Assembly (NCBI GenBank): GCA_963798845.1
Contig: CAWCUS010000006.1
Coordinates: forward strand, 480,001 to 544,000
Length of the DNA: 64,000 bases
Reading direction: 5' to 3'
Source: an uncultured Gemmatimonadales bacterium
GTDB taxonomy: Bacteria > Gemmatimonadota > Gemmatimonadetes > Longimicrobiales > RSA9
The notes beneath the pieces are model-generated. The model did no database searches and was not told the origin of the DNA. It was given only the letters and a program-made list of their open reading frames with translations. Below are positions 9,798 through 19,430 of the stretch, piece after piece; position 1 is the stretch's first letter; every line of letters starts with the position of its first letter. A program made the position numbers and the translations under genes.

Positions 9798-10660
9798 CGG
9801 AGCGCGAGAATACGGACCCGCAGCCGACCCAGGGCGGCGGCCCCGTGGAGGAGCCCGGGCAGGAGGAGGTGCAGGAGCTGAATCGCCCGGAGTCGGACAA
9901 CGGGATGGAACGGGAGACCGAGGACGAGCGACTCCTCCAGCGGCGCGAGGCCGAGGAAGCGGAGTTCGTGCACACCGATCCGTGGCGCGTGTTCCGGATC
10001 ATGGGCGAGTTCGTGGAAGGGTTCGACACGCTGGCGGACCTGGGCCCGGCCGTGTCGATCTTCGGCAGCGCGCGCGTTTCCAGCGGCGACCCGTGGTACG
10101 CGGCTGCGGAGCGCACGGCAGCGCTGTTCGCGGAGAACGGCTTCGGCGTCATCACGGGTGGCGGTCCCGGGATCATGGAGGCGGCCAACAAGGGCGCAGG
10201 GCGGGCGGGCGGCCGCTCCATCGGCTGCAACATCGAGCTGCCGTTCGAGCAGGGGATGAACCGCTACGTCAGGACCGCCATCAATTTCCGCTACTTCTTC
10301 GTGCGGAAGACCATGTTCGTGAAGTACGCCGAGGGCTTCATCATCTTCCCCGGCGGCTTCGGGACCATGGACGAGCTCTTCGAGTCGCTGACGCTGATCC
10401 AGACGCGCAAGGTCCGGCACTTCCCCGTGGTCCTGATGGGAAGCGACTACTGGGGCGGGCTGCTCGACTGGCTGCGCAACGTCATGGCCGCCGGCGGAAA
10501 GATCGGCGACCAGGATCTCGCTCTCCTCACCGTCACGGACTCGCCCGAGGAAGCCGTGCGTCACGTCCTGGAGGCGCAGGAGAAACAGCGTGCGGCGGCG
10601 GTGCAGCGGGCGCACCGGCGCAGGAAGCGGGAGGGGCTGGGGCGGGCGAACGGGGAGTGA
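9794..10660 (+). CDS. LOG family (TIGR00730) Rossmann-fold phosphoribohydrolase
   Basis: WRVFRIMGEFVEGF, TGGGPGIMEAANKG and PGGFGTMDE. ATGA overlap with the upstream gene. Confidence 0.93.
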   Translation: MTERENTDPQPTQGGGPVEEPGQEEVQELNRPESDNGMERETEDERLLQRREAEEAEFVHTDPWRVFRIMGEFVEGFDTLADLGPAVSIFGSARVSSGDPWYAAAERTAALFAENGFGVITGGGPGIMEAANKGAGRAGGRSIGCNIELPFEQGMNRYVRTAINFRYFFVRKTMFVKYAEGFIIFPGGFGTMDELFESLTLIQTRKVRHFPVVLMGSDYWGGLLDWLRNVMAAGGKIGDQDLALLTVTDSPEEAVRHVLEAQEKQRAAAVQRAHRRRKREGLGRANGE

Positions 10661-10701
10661 CGGGGGTCGATCGCCCTTCGCGGCTGGCGCCGCTCGGGCG
10701 A

Positions 10702-10917
10702 CCCCGCTGCGCGCGGATTCGAGCCTCGGCGCCTGAGGGCGCCTCGGCCCCGCTGCGCGGGGATTCGAACCTCGGCGCCTGAGGGCGCCTCGGCCCCGCT
10801 GCGCGGGGATTCGAGCCTCGGCGCCTGGCGGCGCCTCGGCCCCGCTGCGCGGGGATTCGAGCCTCGGCGCCTGAGGGCGCCTCGGCCCCGCTGCGCGGGG
10901 ATTCGGACCTCGGCGCC
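10702..10917. repeat. 46-bp palindromic tandem repeat (about 4.7 copies), REP/BIME-like
   Basis: Units start at 10702, 10748, 10794, 10840 and 10886. Consensus CCCCGCTGCGCGGGGATTCGAGCCTCGGCGCCTGAGGGCGCCTCGG. Lies between convergent genes. Confidence 0.93.
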
Positions 10918-10920
10918 GCT

Positions 10921-12786
10921 CTATGGGCGTACTCCCTGGGCGGCGGGCTTCAGCCGGCCGAACCGGGCGATGCTGTCGCCGCCCGCCACCTCCACGCGCC
11001 ACCTCCGTTCCTCCTCCGCTCCTGGCGGCACCGGGAGGATGAGGTACCGGGTGTCCAGGCTCTCGACGCCGAGGTCCGGCGGATAGTAGGCGGAGAGAAC
11101 GATCACGCTGGCGCCGGCGGCCCGGGCGTAGCGGATGATCTCCGGGAGCGGCGCGTATGGGAGGACTCGCCAGTCCCGGTCCGCGAACACGGCGAGGGCC
11201 GGGTGCCAGCTCATGAGGGGGCCCGGCCGGACGTTCCGCAGGCTGTCCACCTCCAGCGCGACCCGCCGGTTCTGGGCTCCGACCACGTGGTGCGGCGACC
11301 CGACGCTGAGGCTCATGTAGAGGCGCCAGCCGTTGATGGACAGCAGCCACGCGATGGCCACCGAGGCCAGCACCAGCTCCACGAACCCGGGCCGCAGCGC
11401 GTTGCCGTGCGTCCGCTGCCGGACCTCCCGCTCGATAAGCGAGAACCCCCGCGCGGCATAGAAGGCGAGCAGGGGCACCAGGAAGAGCTGGGTGCGCGGG
11501 TCCACGGCCACCAGGACCGCTATGGCGATGCTGGTGCCCAGCAGCGAGAGCGTGACCGGCAGCTCCTTCCGCAGGACCCCCGGGGGCCGCGGCTCGGCCA
11601 GCCCGAGGATGACGAACGGCCAGAGGAGAAGGGGCAGGATGATGCCGAGGGCGCGGAAATAGAGGGCGAGGGCGGAGGGATGGTCGGCCGCGGGTGCGCG
11701 CGCCGCGGCTGGCGCGGCAGGGAGCGCGCCGGCTGTCGTGTCCGGGCGTGCGGGCGCCTTCCCTGCGCCGGCAGACTCGGAAGCGACCGCCGGTCCCCGC
11801 GGCGGGTAGACGCCCCAGTAGCTGCTGCGGAGCCGGACCCCGCTGGCGTCGAGACCGTAGAGGTGCTGCTGGTATGTCGGGTCGTCGGACCAGAGCATGT
11901 GCTCGATGGTCGCGGCGGCCCCCGACCGGTCCTCACCGCTTACCGCGCGCGCGGCGGCGGACAACGGGGCGATGCCGCGGCCCGTGAGCATCCATTCGCC
12001 GGTCGTCTCGTGGAGGTACCACCAGTAAGGGGTGCACACCACGACGAAGACCACGCCCATGACGACGGCCCCCCCCAGGCGCCGCGAGGATCGCGCACGG
12101 GCGGCGAGGACCAGCGTGGCGAGCCCGAGGAGTCCCCAGGTGATGATGGCTTCCGGGCGTGCCAGGAAAGCGAGCCCGAGCGCCGACCCCACCGCCGCCC
12201 AGCGCAGGGCGCCCCCCCGCTCGTCGGCCTCGAGCCACGCGGCGATCCCGGTGAAGAGGAGGAGGTGGTAAAGCGGACCGGCGCCCACCCAAAGGTCGGC
12301 CCCGACCCAGTAGGCGGCCACGAACGGCGCGAGTGATGGCATGACGGCCACGAGCGCCGCGGCCACAAAGGCGATGCGGCGGGTGGCGAGCCGCCGGAAC
12401 ACGGCCCACGCCGGGAGCACGAGCAGCCCCGAAGCCAGGGCGGCCACGATGCGGCCGCCCCATACCCAGTCGTGGATGAGCACGCCCACGCCGCCCGCGA
12501 AGGCCGGGAAGAGGGGCGACAGCGCGATATGGGGCAGACCCACGAGGGAGAACCCTTCGCCGGTCCAGAGCGAGCGGCCGAGGAGCAGGTAGAAGCCTTC
12601 GTCGAAGGCCACGTAGCTGCCGCGCCCGAGGAACAGGATCAGGCGGAGGCCGATGGCGGCGGCAGAGAGGAAGAAGATCGAGCGCGGCCACCTCGCCCCC
12701 GCGTTGCCGGCGTCCGCGGTGGCTGCGGCGGGAGCGGCTGCCCCGGCAAGCCGCCCGGCGGGACCGCTTCGGGGGGCCGCCGCCAT
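10921..12786 (-). CDS. GT-C fold membrane glycosyltransferase (ArnT/PMT_2-like)
   Basis: Multiple TM helices, a DE motif (FDEGFY) after TM1, PLFP and LARPE, and location inside a glycan locus. Confidence 0.75.
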   Translation of the reverse strand: MAAAPRSGPAGRLAGAAAPAAATADAGNAGARWPRSIFFLSAAAIGLRLILFLGRGSYVAFDEGFYLLLGRSLWTGEGFSLVGLPHIALSPLFPAFAGGVGVLIHDWVWGGRIVAALASGLLVLPAWAVFRRLATRRIAFVAAALVAVMPSLAPFVAAYWVGADLWVGAGPLYHLLLFTGIAAWLEADERGGALRWAAVGSALGLAFLARPEAIITWGLLGLATLVLAARARSSRRLGGAVVMGVVFVVVCTPYWWYLHETTGEWMLTGRGIAPLSAAARAVSGEDRSGAAATIEHMLWSDDPTYQQHLYGLDASGVRLRSSYWGVYPPRGPAVASESAGAGKAPARPDTTAGALPAAPAAARAPAADHPSALALYFRALGIILPLLLWPFVILGLAEPRPPGVLRKELPVTLSLLGTSIAIAVLVAVDPRTQLFLVPLLAFYAARGFSLIEREVRQRTHGNALRPGFVELVLASVAIAWLLSINGWRLYMSLSVGSPHHVVGAQNRRVALEVDSLRNVRPGPLMSWHPALAVFADRDWRVLPYAPLPEIIRYARAAGASVIVLSAYYPPDLGVESLDTRYLILPVPPGAEEERRWRVEVAGGDSIARFGRLKPAAQGVRP

Positions 12787-13874
12787 CAGGGGTGCCGTGG
12801 GTGCTGCGCGGCGTCCTGCAGGATCACCTCCACCTCATCGAGCCAGCGCTCCATGCCGAACTGCTTGATACGGCGGAACCCCCGTTCGCGCAATTCGTCC
12901 CGGAGAGCGGGGTCATCGCGTACGCGGGCGATCTTGTCGGCGAGGTCGGCGGGGTCTGCAGGGGCGTGGAACAGGGCGGCATCGCCCAGCACCTCGGGGA
13001 GCGCGCCGCTCCTCGCCGCGATCACGGGTAGGCCGGCGGCCATGGCCTCGAGGGCCACGAGCCCGAACGGCTCGCGAACGGAGGGGATGGCGAGGCAGTG
13101 GCAGAGAGCAAGATCGGGAAAGGGGTCGTCGCGGAAGCCGAGGAGCCGCACGCGATCCTCCACGCGCGCCGCCCGCACGGCGCGCTCGAGGCCGCGACGC
13201 GCCTTGCCGTCGCCGATGAAGACGGCGTGGACGTCATCGGTTCGGGCGATGGCGAGTGCCAGGTCGGGCGCGCGCTTGCGCGGCTCCAGCTGGCCGAGGA
13301 ACCCCACGGTGAACGGGCCGCCCGGCCCCTTCGCGGCCGGCTGGACGGCCCGGAGCAGCGGGTTGTGGAGCGTTCGCGTGCGCCCGGCCAGGCTGCCGTG
13401 GCGCGTGTAGCTCTGCGCGGCGTAGTCGGACACGGCGACGAGGATGTCGGCGGTGGCTCCCATGTACACTGCGAGCGCCTTCCCGGCGATCCCCGGGACG
13501 TTGGTTTCGTGGAGGTGCCACACCACGGGGGTGCGACGCGCGAGACGCGCCCCGGCGGCACCCCACGGGTGGAAGATCGAGCTCACCCACGCGACGTCCG
13601 GCGCCACCTGGCGCACCGCCCGCCGAAATCCCGCGGCGCTGGCCGGGCTGGCCACGGCCCAGCGCGCGAGCTCCACGCCGTTCCGCGGGAGGCGGGCGCG
13701 GCGGGCGACGCAGACCTCGACACCCAGGCGGCGGGCCAGGTCGACGGCGGGCCCCGGCAGCGGGAAGTCCACCACCACCTGGTGTCCGCGGCCGGCGAGT
13801 CCCTCGGCCAGCGCCAGCAGCACCCGCTCGGCGCCGTACGCGCCGGCAGCGTGGGAGAGGAGGAGGACCTTCAA
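12786..13874 (-). CDS. Glycosyltransferase family 4
   Basis: GAERV, WHLHE, GQLEPRK and EPFGLVALEAMAAGLPVIA. A TTG start at 13874 overlaps the upstream stop. Confidence 0.92.
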   Translation of the reverse strand: MKVLLLSHAAGAYGAERVLLALAEGLAGRGHQVVVDFPLPGPAVDLARRLGVEVCVARRARLPRNGVELARWAVASPASAAGFRRAVRQVAPDVAWVSSIFHPWGAAGARLARRTPVVWHLHETNVPGIAGKALAVYMGATADILVAVSDYAAQSYTRHGSLAGRTRTLHNPLLRAVQPAAKGPGGPFTVGFLGQLEPRKRAPDLALAIARTDDVHAVFIGDGKARRGLERAVRAARVEDRVRLLGFRDDPFPDLALCHCLAIPSVREPFGLVALEAMAAGLPVIAARSGALPEVLGDAALFHAPADPADLADKIARVRDDPALRDELRERGFRRIKQFGMERWLDEVEVILQDAAQHPRHP

Positions 13875-14812
13875 GAGGGTTCGTCCCCCATGGTCACCGG
13901 CGCGCGATCCGCCGGATCCCATCTCGCTGCTTGCCGCCTATGACGGCGCCACCCGCGTATCGCACGGGCGAACCGGGGTCCGAGGTACGACGCGATCAGG
14001 CCGCTCCAGTTGATCACGGAAGTCGGATGGAGGCGGACGGCGGTACGAAAAAAGGATTTCGCTTCGGGGGTCAGGCCGTCTGCGAGGAGGAACTTCCCGA
14101 GCCCGTAGTGCAGCGCTGAGCTCTGCTGCACCGTGAGCGTGGGAGCATGACGGGCGATGATCGTCCGAGCGGCGGCTGGAAGGACGTCCGGAGTGGACGA
14201 AATGCCACCGGGCACGAGGTCGCCGGTGACCAGGGTCCGGGGAACGAAGGCGAAGCCAGTGTGCCGGGCGAGGCGCAGCAGAAGCTCCCAATCCTGCAGG
14301 CGGCGCAGGCGCTCGTCGAACCCACCCACCGATTGAAGCAGCGCGCGCTCAACCAGCAGCGTGCACGTGCCGACGTAGTTGGTGTGCAGGAGGGCGCCGA
14401 GGGGGTCGCGCGCCGCGGAGGCCTCGCCTTCCACGATCCAGCTCCCCTGCGGCGTCCGAATGGCGTGGCGGCAGTATACCACGCCGACGTCCGCGCTCAG
14501 CAGGCGCGCCTGTCTGTCCAGCTTGTCCGGGGCCCAAACGCAATCATCGTCGAGGAAGGCGATGCATTCGCCCTTCGCTACGGCGATGCCCCGGTTACGG
14601 GAGAATGCCGCACCGTGCGGTCGCTCGTTCCGGAGGCCGCGAACGCGACGGTCGTGCGTCACCGCGGCCCGGATCACGCTTGGAGTGTCGTCCGTCGAGT
14701 TGTCATCAACCACAATGATCTCGACATCCTTGAGCGTTTGAGCCCTAGCGCTGGAGATGGCGCGGCCGAGTAGGGTCGAGCGGTTCCGGGTTGGGATGAC
14801 GACCGAGATCAT
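13871..14812 (-). CDS. Glycosyltransferase family 2
   Basis: ISVVIPTRNR, VVDDNSTD, FLDDD (DxD) and QDWELLLRL. Confidence 0.93.
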   Translation of the reverse strand: MISVVIPTRNRSTLLGRAISSARAQTLKDVEIIVVDDNSTDDTPSVIRAAVTHDRRVRGLRNERPHGAAFSRNRGIAVAKGECIAFLDDDCVWAPDKLDRQARLLSADVGVVYCRHAIRTPQGSWIVEGEASAARDPLGALLHTNYVGTCTLLVERALLQSVGGFDERLRRLQDWELLLRLARHTGFAFVPRTLVTGDLVPGGISSTPDVLPAAARTIIARHAPTLTVQQSSALHYGLGKFLLADGLTPEAKSFFRTAVRLHPTSVINWSGLIASYLGPRFARAIRGWRRHRRQAARWDPADRAPVTMGDEPS

Positions 14813-14834
14813 GAACGCCGCCCGCGTGGAGATC

Positions 14835-16064
14835 TCACGCCGCGTCCCCACCCGTTAGGTCGCGATAGATCTCGAGAAGACGAACATGCAGGCGCCGCGA
14901 GTCGAAATTGCGATCCACGAATTCCCGAGCTGCGGTTGCGCGAGACGGCAGGGCGGCCGGCTCGTCCAGAATACTCCGAATTGCCTGGACGATCGCCTGG
15001 TCGTCGTTCGGCGGCAGCAGGAACGTGGCACCGGGGGCCATCACCTCCGAGACGCCCCCGACGTCCGTGGCGACCACCGCAAGCCCGGCAGCTTGCGCTT
15101 CCAGCAACACACGTCCTTGGGCTTCCACATGTCCATCCTCGGCGGTCACGCCAGGGAGCAGGAAGATATCGTGCTCATGGTATGCATCGACGACTCGTTG
15201 GAAGGGAAGGGCGCCGACGAAACGGACGTGGCCGCCGAGACCAAGCGTGGCGCAGAGCTGCTCGAGACGCGACCGTAACGGGCCCTCCCCGATGATGGTG
15301 TAGCGCAGTCTGGGCCACTCCGGCACGAGCCGTTGCACCGCTTGCAGTGCCCGGTCAATGCCTTTGCACTCCACCAGCCGGGCAACCGTGAGGAGGCGAG
15401 GGCCGTCGGACGTCGACCGTTCCGCGTGGAAGCGGATTCGACTGGGGTCGATGCCAATCGGGAGAACGTCGACGCGATCGGGGGGAGCGCCGAGGGCAAC
15501 CAGGCGGTCTCGCAGGAACGTTGTATTGGCCGTGAAGCGCTCCGCGCGTGAGAAGAGTCGGTTATAATCGCCGTTCGGGTCGCGCCCAGGGAGGACGGTG
15601 ACATCGAATCCGTGGAAGCTCGAGAGGATGGAGCCATCGAGAAGGCCGAGGTGTCTAAGCCAGGCGATCAGGTTGGCCGTGGGGCCGAAATGGGCGTGAA
15701 TGACGTCATAGGGTCTCGCAGCGAGGGATCGGAGCGGCTGGAACGCGTGGACGGCTTCCAAAGGCCAGAGAAGACCGGGCCGCCAATGCCAAGAGGATCT
15801 GATCAGCGCGGCGGGACGGTGGGCGGCCGCCCACCGCGCGCGTCCGCCAAGGCGGAGCAACGCGCCAGGTAACGAACGAAGCTCGCCTACTAGGAAGGTC
15901 GGCCGGGGGGGCCGTGCGGGTCCTGCGGCCGACGACGGCTCCGTCTGCTGATATATGGCCAGGAGGTCGACCTCATGGCCTTCCTGGACGAGGGCATCCA
16001 CCTGGTCAACCACGAACGGCTCGGATGCGGCGGGGAATACGCGCACGGCGACGCAGATGCGCAC
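14835..16064 (-). CDS. Glycosyltransferase family 4 (WcaL-like)
   Basis: FPAASEPF, HAHFG, SFHGFD, ARLVECKG and EAQGRVLLEAQAAGL. Confidence 0.9.
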   Translation of the reverse strand: MRICVAVRVFPAASEPFVVDQVDALVQEGHEVDLLAIYQQTEPSSAAGPARPPRPTFLVGELRSLPGALLRLGGRARWAAAHRPAALIRSSWHWRPGLLWPLEAVHAFQPLRSLAARPYDVIHAHFGPTANLIAWLRHLGLLDGSILSSFHGFDVTVLPGRDPNGDYNRLFSRAERFTANTTFLRDRLVALGAPPDRVDVLPIGIDPSRIRFHAERSTSDGPRLLTVARLVECKGIDRALQAVQRLVPEWPRLRYTIIGEGPLRSRLEQLCATLGLGGHVRFVGALPFQRVVDAYHEHDIFLLPGVTAEDGHVEAQGRVLLEAQAAGLAVVATDVGGVSEVMAPGATFLLPPNDDQAIVQAIRSILDEPAALPSRATAAREFVDRNFDSRRLHVRLLEIYRDLTGGDAA

Positions 16065-16145
16065 GCGCTCACCCCGTCCTAAGATTGCGTTGCGCCGTCA
16101 CTGACGGATCTCCCGTGAGGCGGGGAACCTTCTACGCCGATAGCG

Positions 16146-17633
16146 ATGAGCCGAGCAATGTCCCTGCGGGACCGCGCGACTGCTGGAGTCGCGTGGTCCG
16201 CCGTCCACACGTGGGGAACGTACGCTCTGCAGCTTGGCCTGATGCTCGTCCTCGCGCGGGTGCTGACGGCACGCGAGTTTGGCGTATTCGCGCTGGCGCA
16301 GGTAGTGCTGGCGCTGGTGCAGCCCTTCGCCGAGCAGGGCATTCCCGATGCACTGGTCCAGGCCGACCGTGATGATCAGGAGTACTGGTCGACCGGGTTC
16401 GCCGTGGTCCTGGCCGGATCGCTCGCGGCCGCGGCCCTGCTGTTCCTGTCGGCGGCGCTGGTCGCGGGCGTTTTCCGGGCGCCGGGGGTGGCGCCAGTTC
16501 TTCGCGGCGTAGCTCCGGCCGTCGTGATATCCGGTATTCACGATATGTGGTTCGCCCGCATCCGAGCCGGTCTCGCATTCGATTCGTTCGCCTTCGCGGG
16601 CGTTTCGGGCGCCGTAGCCAGCTTTATTTTCGCGGTTGTCACAGCCCTGTTGGGTGGCGGCGTCTGGGCTCTTGTGGCCGGGCTGTACGCGGGCCTCGTC
16701 GTCGAGACGGTCCTGCTCGTGCGCATGACGGGGTGGCTGCCAGGTGTACGCATCTACAGACTGCCGTACGCGCGGCTGGTTAGGTTCGGTTGGCTCATTG
16801 TGGCCGGGGACGTCACCACGTTCCTCAACCGCCGTTCGGACGACTTCTTCGTAGGGCTCTTCCTCGGCGCACCAATGCTGGGGTACTACAACATCGCCTA
16901 TCGCCTTCTCGAGCTCGTGACGACAATGTTTCTGCGGGCGGTGGAGCGCGTGGTATTCCCGGTCCTCGCGAAACTCCAACGCACCCCGGAACTCATGGCG
17001 GACGCCATGCGGACAAGCTTCCGGTTCACCAGCCTGTCTTCGTTCCCGGCGTTCGCGGCCGTGGCCCTGCTCGCTCCAGAGCTCGTTCGAGTGGCGCTGG
17101 GAGAAAGCTGGACTCCGTCTGTGGCGCCGCTTCGGATCCTCTCCATTGCCGGGTTCGCCCTGGCCGCCGTGAACGTGCTTCCGACGGCGATTCGTGCAGC
17201 TGGGCAGCCGCAGTGGAACGTGGCAATCAGCGCCACCAAGGGCGTATTGCTCGCTGGAGCGTTCGCGGTGGCAGCTCACTGGAATCTCGCGGCCGTGGCC
17301 TGGGTCTTCACCGCTGGCATGTACATATCGATCCCAGCCTTTCTCTTGGCCGCGCGGCGCCTGATACCGCTCTCACCGCGCCAGTATCTTGGTGAGGCCA
17401 CACGTCCGCTGCTCGCCACGGCGATCATGACCGCCGCGGTGCTCGCCGCCGCCACGATCCTGCCGTTGCGCGCTCCGTTTGCGCGGCTGAGCGTTGAGGC
17501 GGTCACAGCCGTCGCCTCGTACGCACTGGCTGCCGCCTTCGTCGCACGAGACCAGCTGCAAGAGCTTCGTCAGCGTCTGAAGACTTTTGCCCAGGTTCGC
17601 GTCGCCGCTGAGCATGGCACGACTCAGCCGTAG
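16146..17633 (+). CDS. Wzx polysaccharide flippase (PST/WzxC family)
   Basis: Polytopic membrane protein with LARVLTAREFG, LGYYNIAYRL and VFPVLAK motifs. Confidence 0.9.
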   Translation: MSRAMSLRDRATAGVAWSAVHTWGTYALQLGLMLVLARVLTAREFGVFALAQVVLALVQPFAEQGIPDALVQADRDDQEYWSTGFAVVLAGSLAAAALLFLSAALVAGVFRAPGVAPVLRGVAPAVVISGIHDMWFARIRAGLAFDSFAFAGVSGAVASFIFAVVTALLGGGVWALVAGLYAGLVVETVLLVRMTGWLPGVRIYRLPYARLVRFGWLIVAGDVTTFLNRRSDDFFVGLFLGAPMLGYYNIAYRLLELVTTMFLRAVERVVFPVLAKLQRTPELMADAMRTSFRFTSLSSFPAFAAVALLAPELVRVALGESWTPSVAPLRILSIAGFALAAVNVLPTAIRAAGQPQWNVAISATKGVLLAGAFAVAAHWNLAAVAWVFTAGMYISIPAFLLAARRLIPLSPRQYLGEATRPLLATAIMTAAVLAAATILPLRAPFARLSVEAVTAVASYALAAAFVARDQLQELRQRLKTFAQVRVAAEHGTTQP

Positions 17634-18529
17634 TACCGACGTTGTTCCTCCCCGGCGATGCGGTCGAAGGCCGCCTTCAGCTCAAGGGGCCATGCTTCCG
17701 GCTGCGGCAGGTCGTAGAACGCGCACCGATTGGTGCGGGCGCCGAGCATACTGCGGACCTCGTGCTCGCCCGCGGTCATATGTCGGTCGATCTCCAAGAA
17801 CGAAAGCAGGGTCCCAAAGCCCGAAAAACCGCTCGCCTTGTCGAAGATGTCCTCGTACCTGAGGACAATGGCGTCCGGGTGGGAGCCGAGGGCCTCTCGT
17901 AGGAGCGCATTCTTCTTCGCCCAATGCCAGCAGATGCGCTCGAAGCGCGACATGGCGTGCCATTTGGGGGCCCACGGATCATCCGGAAAGTCGACGGCGG
18001 CGAGCCGGCAACGGCCATCGTCGTGGTCCATGAAATACGCGGCCGGGTGGCCTGGCCGGCGGCCGGGATTGGTCTTAGAGTACATCGACCTCACCACTTC
18101 GCGGCCATCCCGCACGATATGAGCGAAACGTGGCCGATCGAAAACTACCCGGATCACGGCCGGGAGATAGCTGGCGTTCGTGTTGGATTCGACGTATGCC
18201 AACGCGTGTTGCCGCCTTGCGCGGTTGCAAATGCCCTGACGCGCTCGGCGGAGCGTGGAAGAGGCTGCGTACACCGACAACTGGCCGCGTGCGAACGCTT
18301 CGCCCAGTTCGAATAGATCGGGCCACGGCTCGTGCAACGACAGGACGTGGCCCGTAGCCGCTGTAATCACCTCGGCGAGCCGCTGCGTGCCGGTCCGGCC
18401 GGTGGACAGGATAAAACCGGCAGGGATCCCCTTCCATCTCGCAATCGGGAGCGCAGGCAGCTTCCGCCGCAGCGACGCCCTCAAGTCCAACGCGAGTCGC
18501 GATAACGAGCTCCCGGGACCCTCACCCAT
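17624..18529 (-). CDS. Sulfotransferase family protein
   Basis: 5'-PSB loop ILSTGRTGT, 3'-PB motif HIVRDGREVVRS, and LRYEDI. Confidence 0.82.
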   Translation of the reverse strand: MGEGPGSSLSRLALDLRASLRRKLPALPIARWKGIPAGFILSTGRTGTQRLAEVITAATGHVLSLHEPWPDLFELGEAFARGQLSVYAASSTLRRARQGICNRARRQHALAYVESNTNASYLPAVIRVVFDRPRFAHIVRDGREVVRSMYSKTNPGRRPGHPAAYFMDHDDGRCRLAAVDFPDDPWAPKWHAMSRFERICWHWAKKNALLREALGSHPDAIVLRYEDIFDKASGFSGFGTLLSFLEIDRHMTAGEHEVRSMLGARTNRCAFYDLPQPEAWPLELKAAFDRIAGEEQRRYYG

Positions 18530-19430
18530 CGCTGGCCGACCATCCCACCGCCGACGCCCGGCGCACCAGCGGCTGGCTGAGCCTTCCCGCGTGGAACCCG
18601 GCCCAGCGGAGGAACTCGTAGGGGAGGAGCTGGGGCAGGCGGTGGACGTGTCCCTGGTGGACGAAGTAGCCGAGCTCCATGGCCAGGAAGCGGGCGGACT
18701 CGGCGAAGGTGGCGCCGCGGTCGATGCCGGCGGAGCGGAGCGCGCGGCCCACGAAGTAGCTGCGGCGGAACACGCCGCGCAGCCGGTAGACGTGGGCGTG
18801 GAGCGCTTCGGCCGCGGGCTCGTAGGCGATGGCGTAGCCGTTTGCCAGCGCGAGGCGGGCCCAGATCTGGTCCTCGCTGTACTCGGCGTCCTCGGGGATC
18901 GGGTGGCGCAGCGCCACCTCGCGGCGCACGGCGCTGAACGCGTTGGAGAAGACCACGCGCCCGGGCCGTGGATGGTGGCCGCCGGGCTGTGGCTCGTAGC
19001 GCATGGGCGTGTCCGGGTAGTTCAGGGCGACGAAGAACATCTCCATGGTCGTCGCGTCCCGCGGCACCTGGCGCCCGTAGACGCCGGCCACCGTCCGGTC
19101 CTCCAGCGCGGCGGCGAAGCGGAGCGGCCAGTCGGGCGTGACGGGCAGGACGTCGTCCGTGATGAAGCAGACCACGTCGCCGCGAGCGAGCTGGACGCCG
19201 AGGTTCCGGGTCCGCCCGTGGCCGAAATCGGCGGGCGGGATGCGGTGGACATCGAAGCCGAGCCCCTCGGCGCGCTCGTCGGTGCCGTCGTCGGAGCCGG
19301 AGTCGATGACCAGGACCTGCAAGCCGAGCTGCCGCTGGAGGCGCTCGAGGTGGCGCGAGAGGTGGCGGAAGAGCGAGCCGCCGTTGCGGACCGGGAGCAC
19401 GATGCTGATGCTGGACCCCTCCATGATCAT
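18522..19430 (-). CDS. Glycosyltransferase family 2 (rhamnosyltransferase-like)
   Basis: SIVLPVRNG, IDSGSDDGT, FGHGRTRNLG, YGRQVP, FSNAFSA and EDQIWA. The true start is inside the longer listed ORF. Confidence 0.9.
   Translation of the reverse strand: MIMEGSSISIVLPVRNGGSLFRHLSRHLERLQRQLGLQVLVIDSGSDDGTDERAEGLGFDVHRIPPADFGHGRTRNLGVQLARGDVVCFITDDVLPVTPDWPLRFAAALEDRTVAGVYGRQVPRDATTMEMFFVALNYPDTPMRYEPQPGGHHPRPGRVVFSNAFSAVRREVALRHPIPEDAEYSEDQIWARLALANGYAIAYEPAAEALHAHVYRLRGVFRRSYFVGRALRSAGIDRGATFAESARFLAMELGYFVHQGHVHRLPQLLPYEFLRWAGFHAGRLSQPLVRRASAVGWSASDG

Noticed and set aside
10702..10917. CRISPR array
   Set aside because: The units are contiguous with no unique spacers, and there are no cas genes in the window.
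15418..15433. parS-like palindrome CGTTCCGCGTGGAAGC (weaker ones near 18583 and 56015)
   Set aside because: Each has four or more mismatches to TGTTNCACGTGNAACA, and most lie within coding sequence. No convincing parS site was found.
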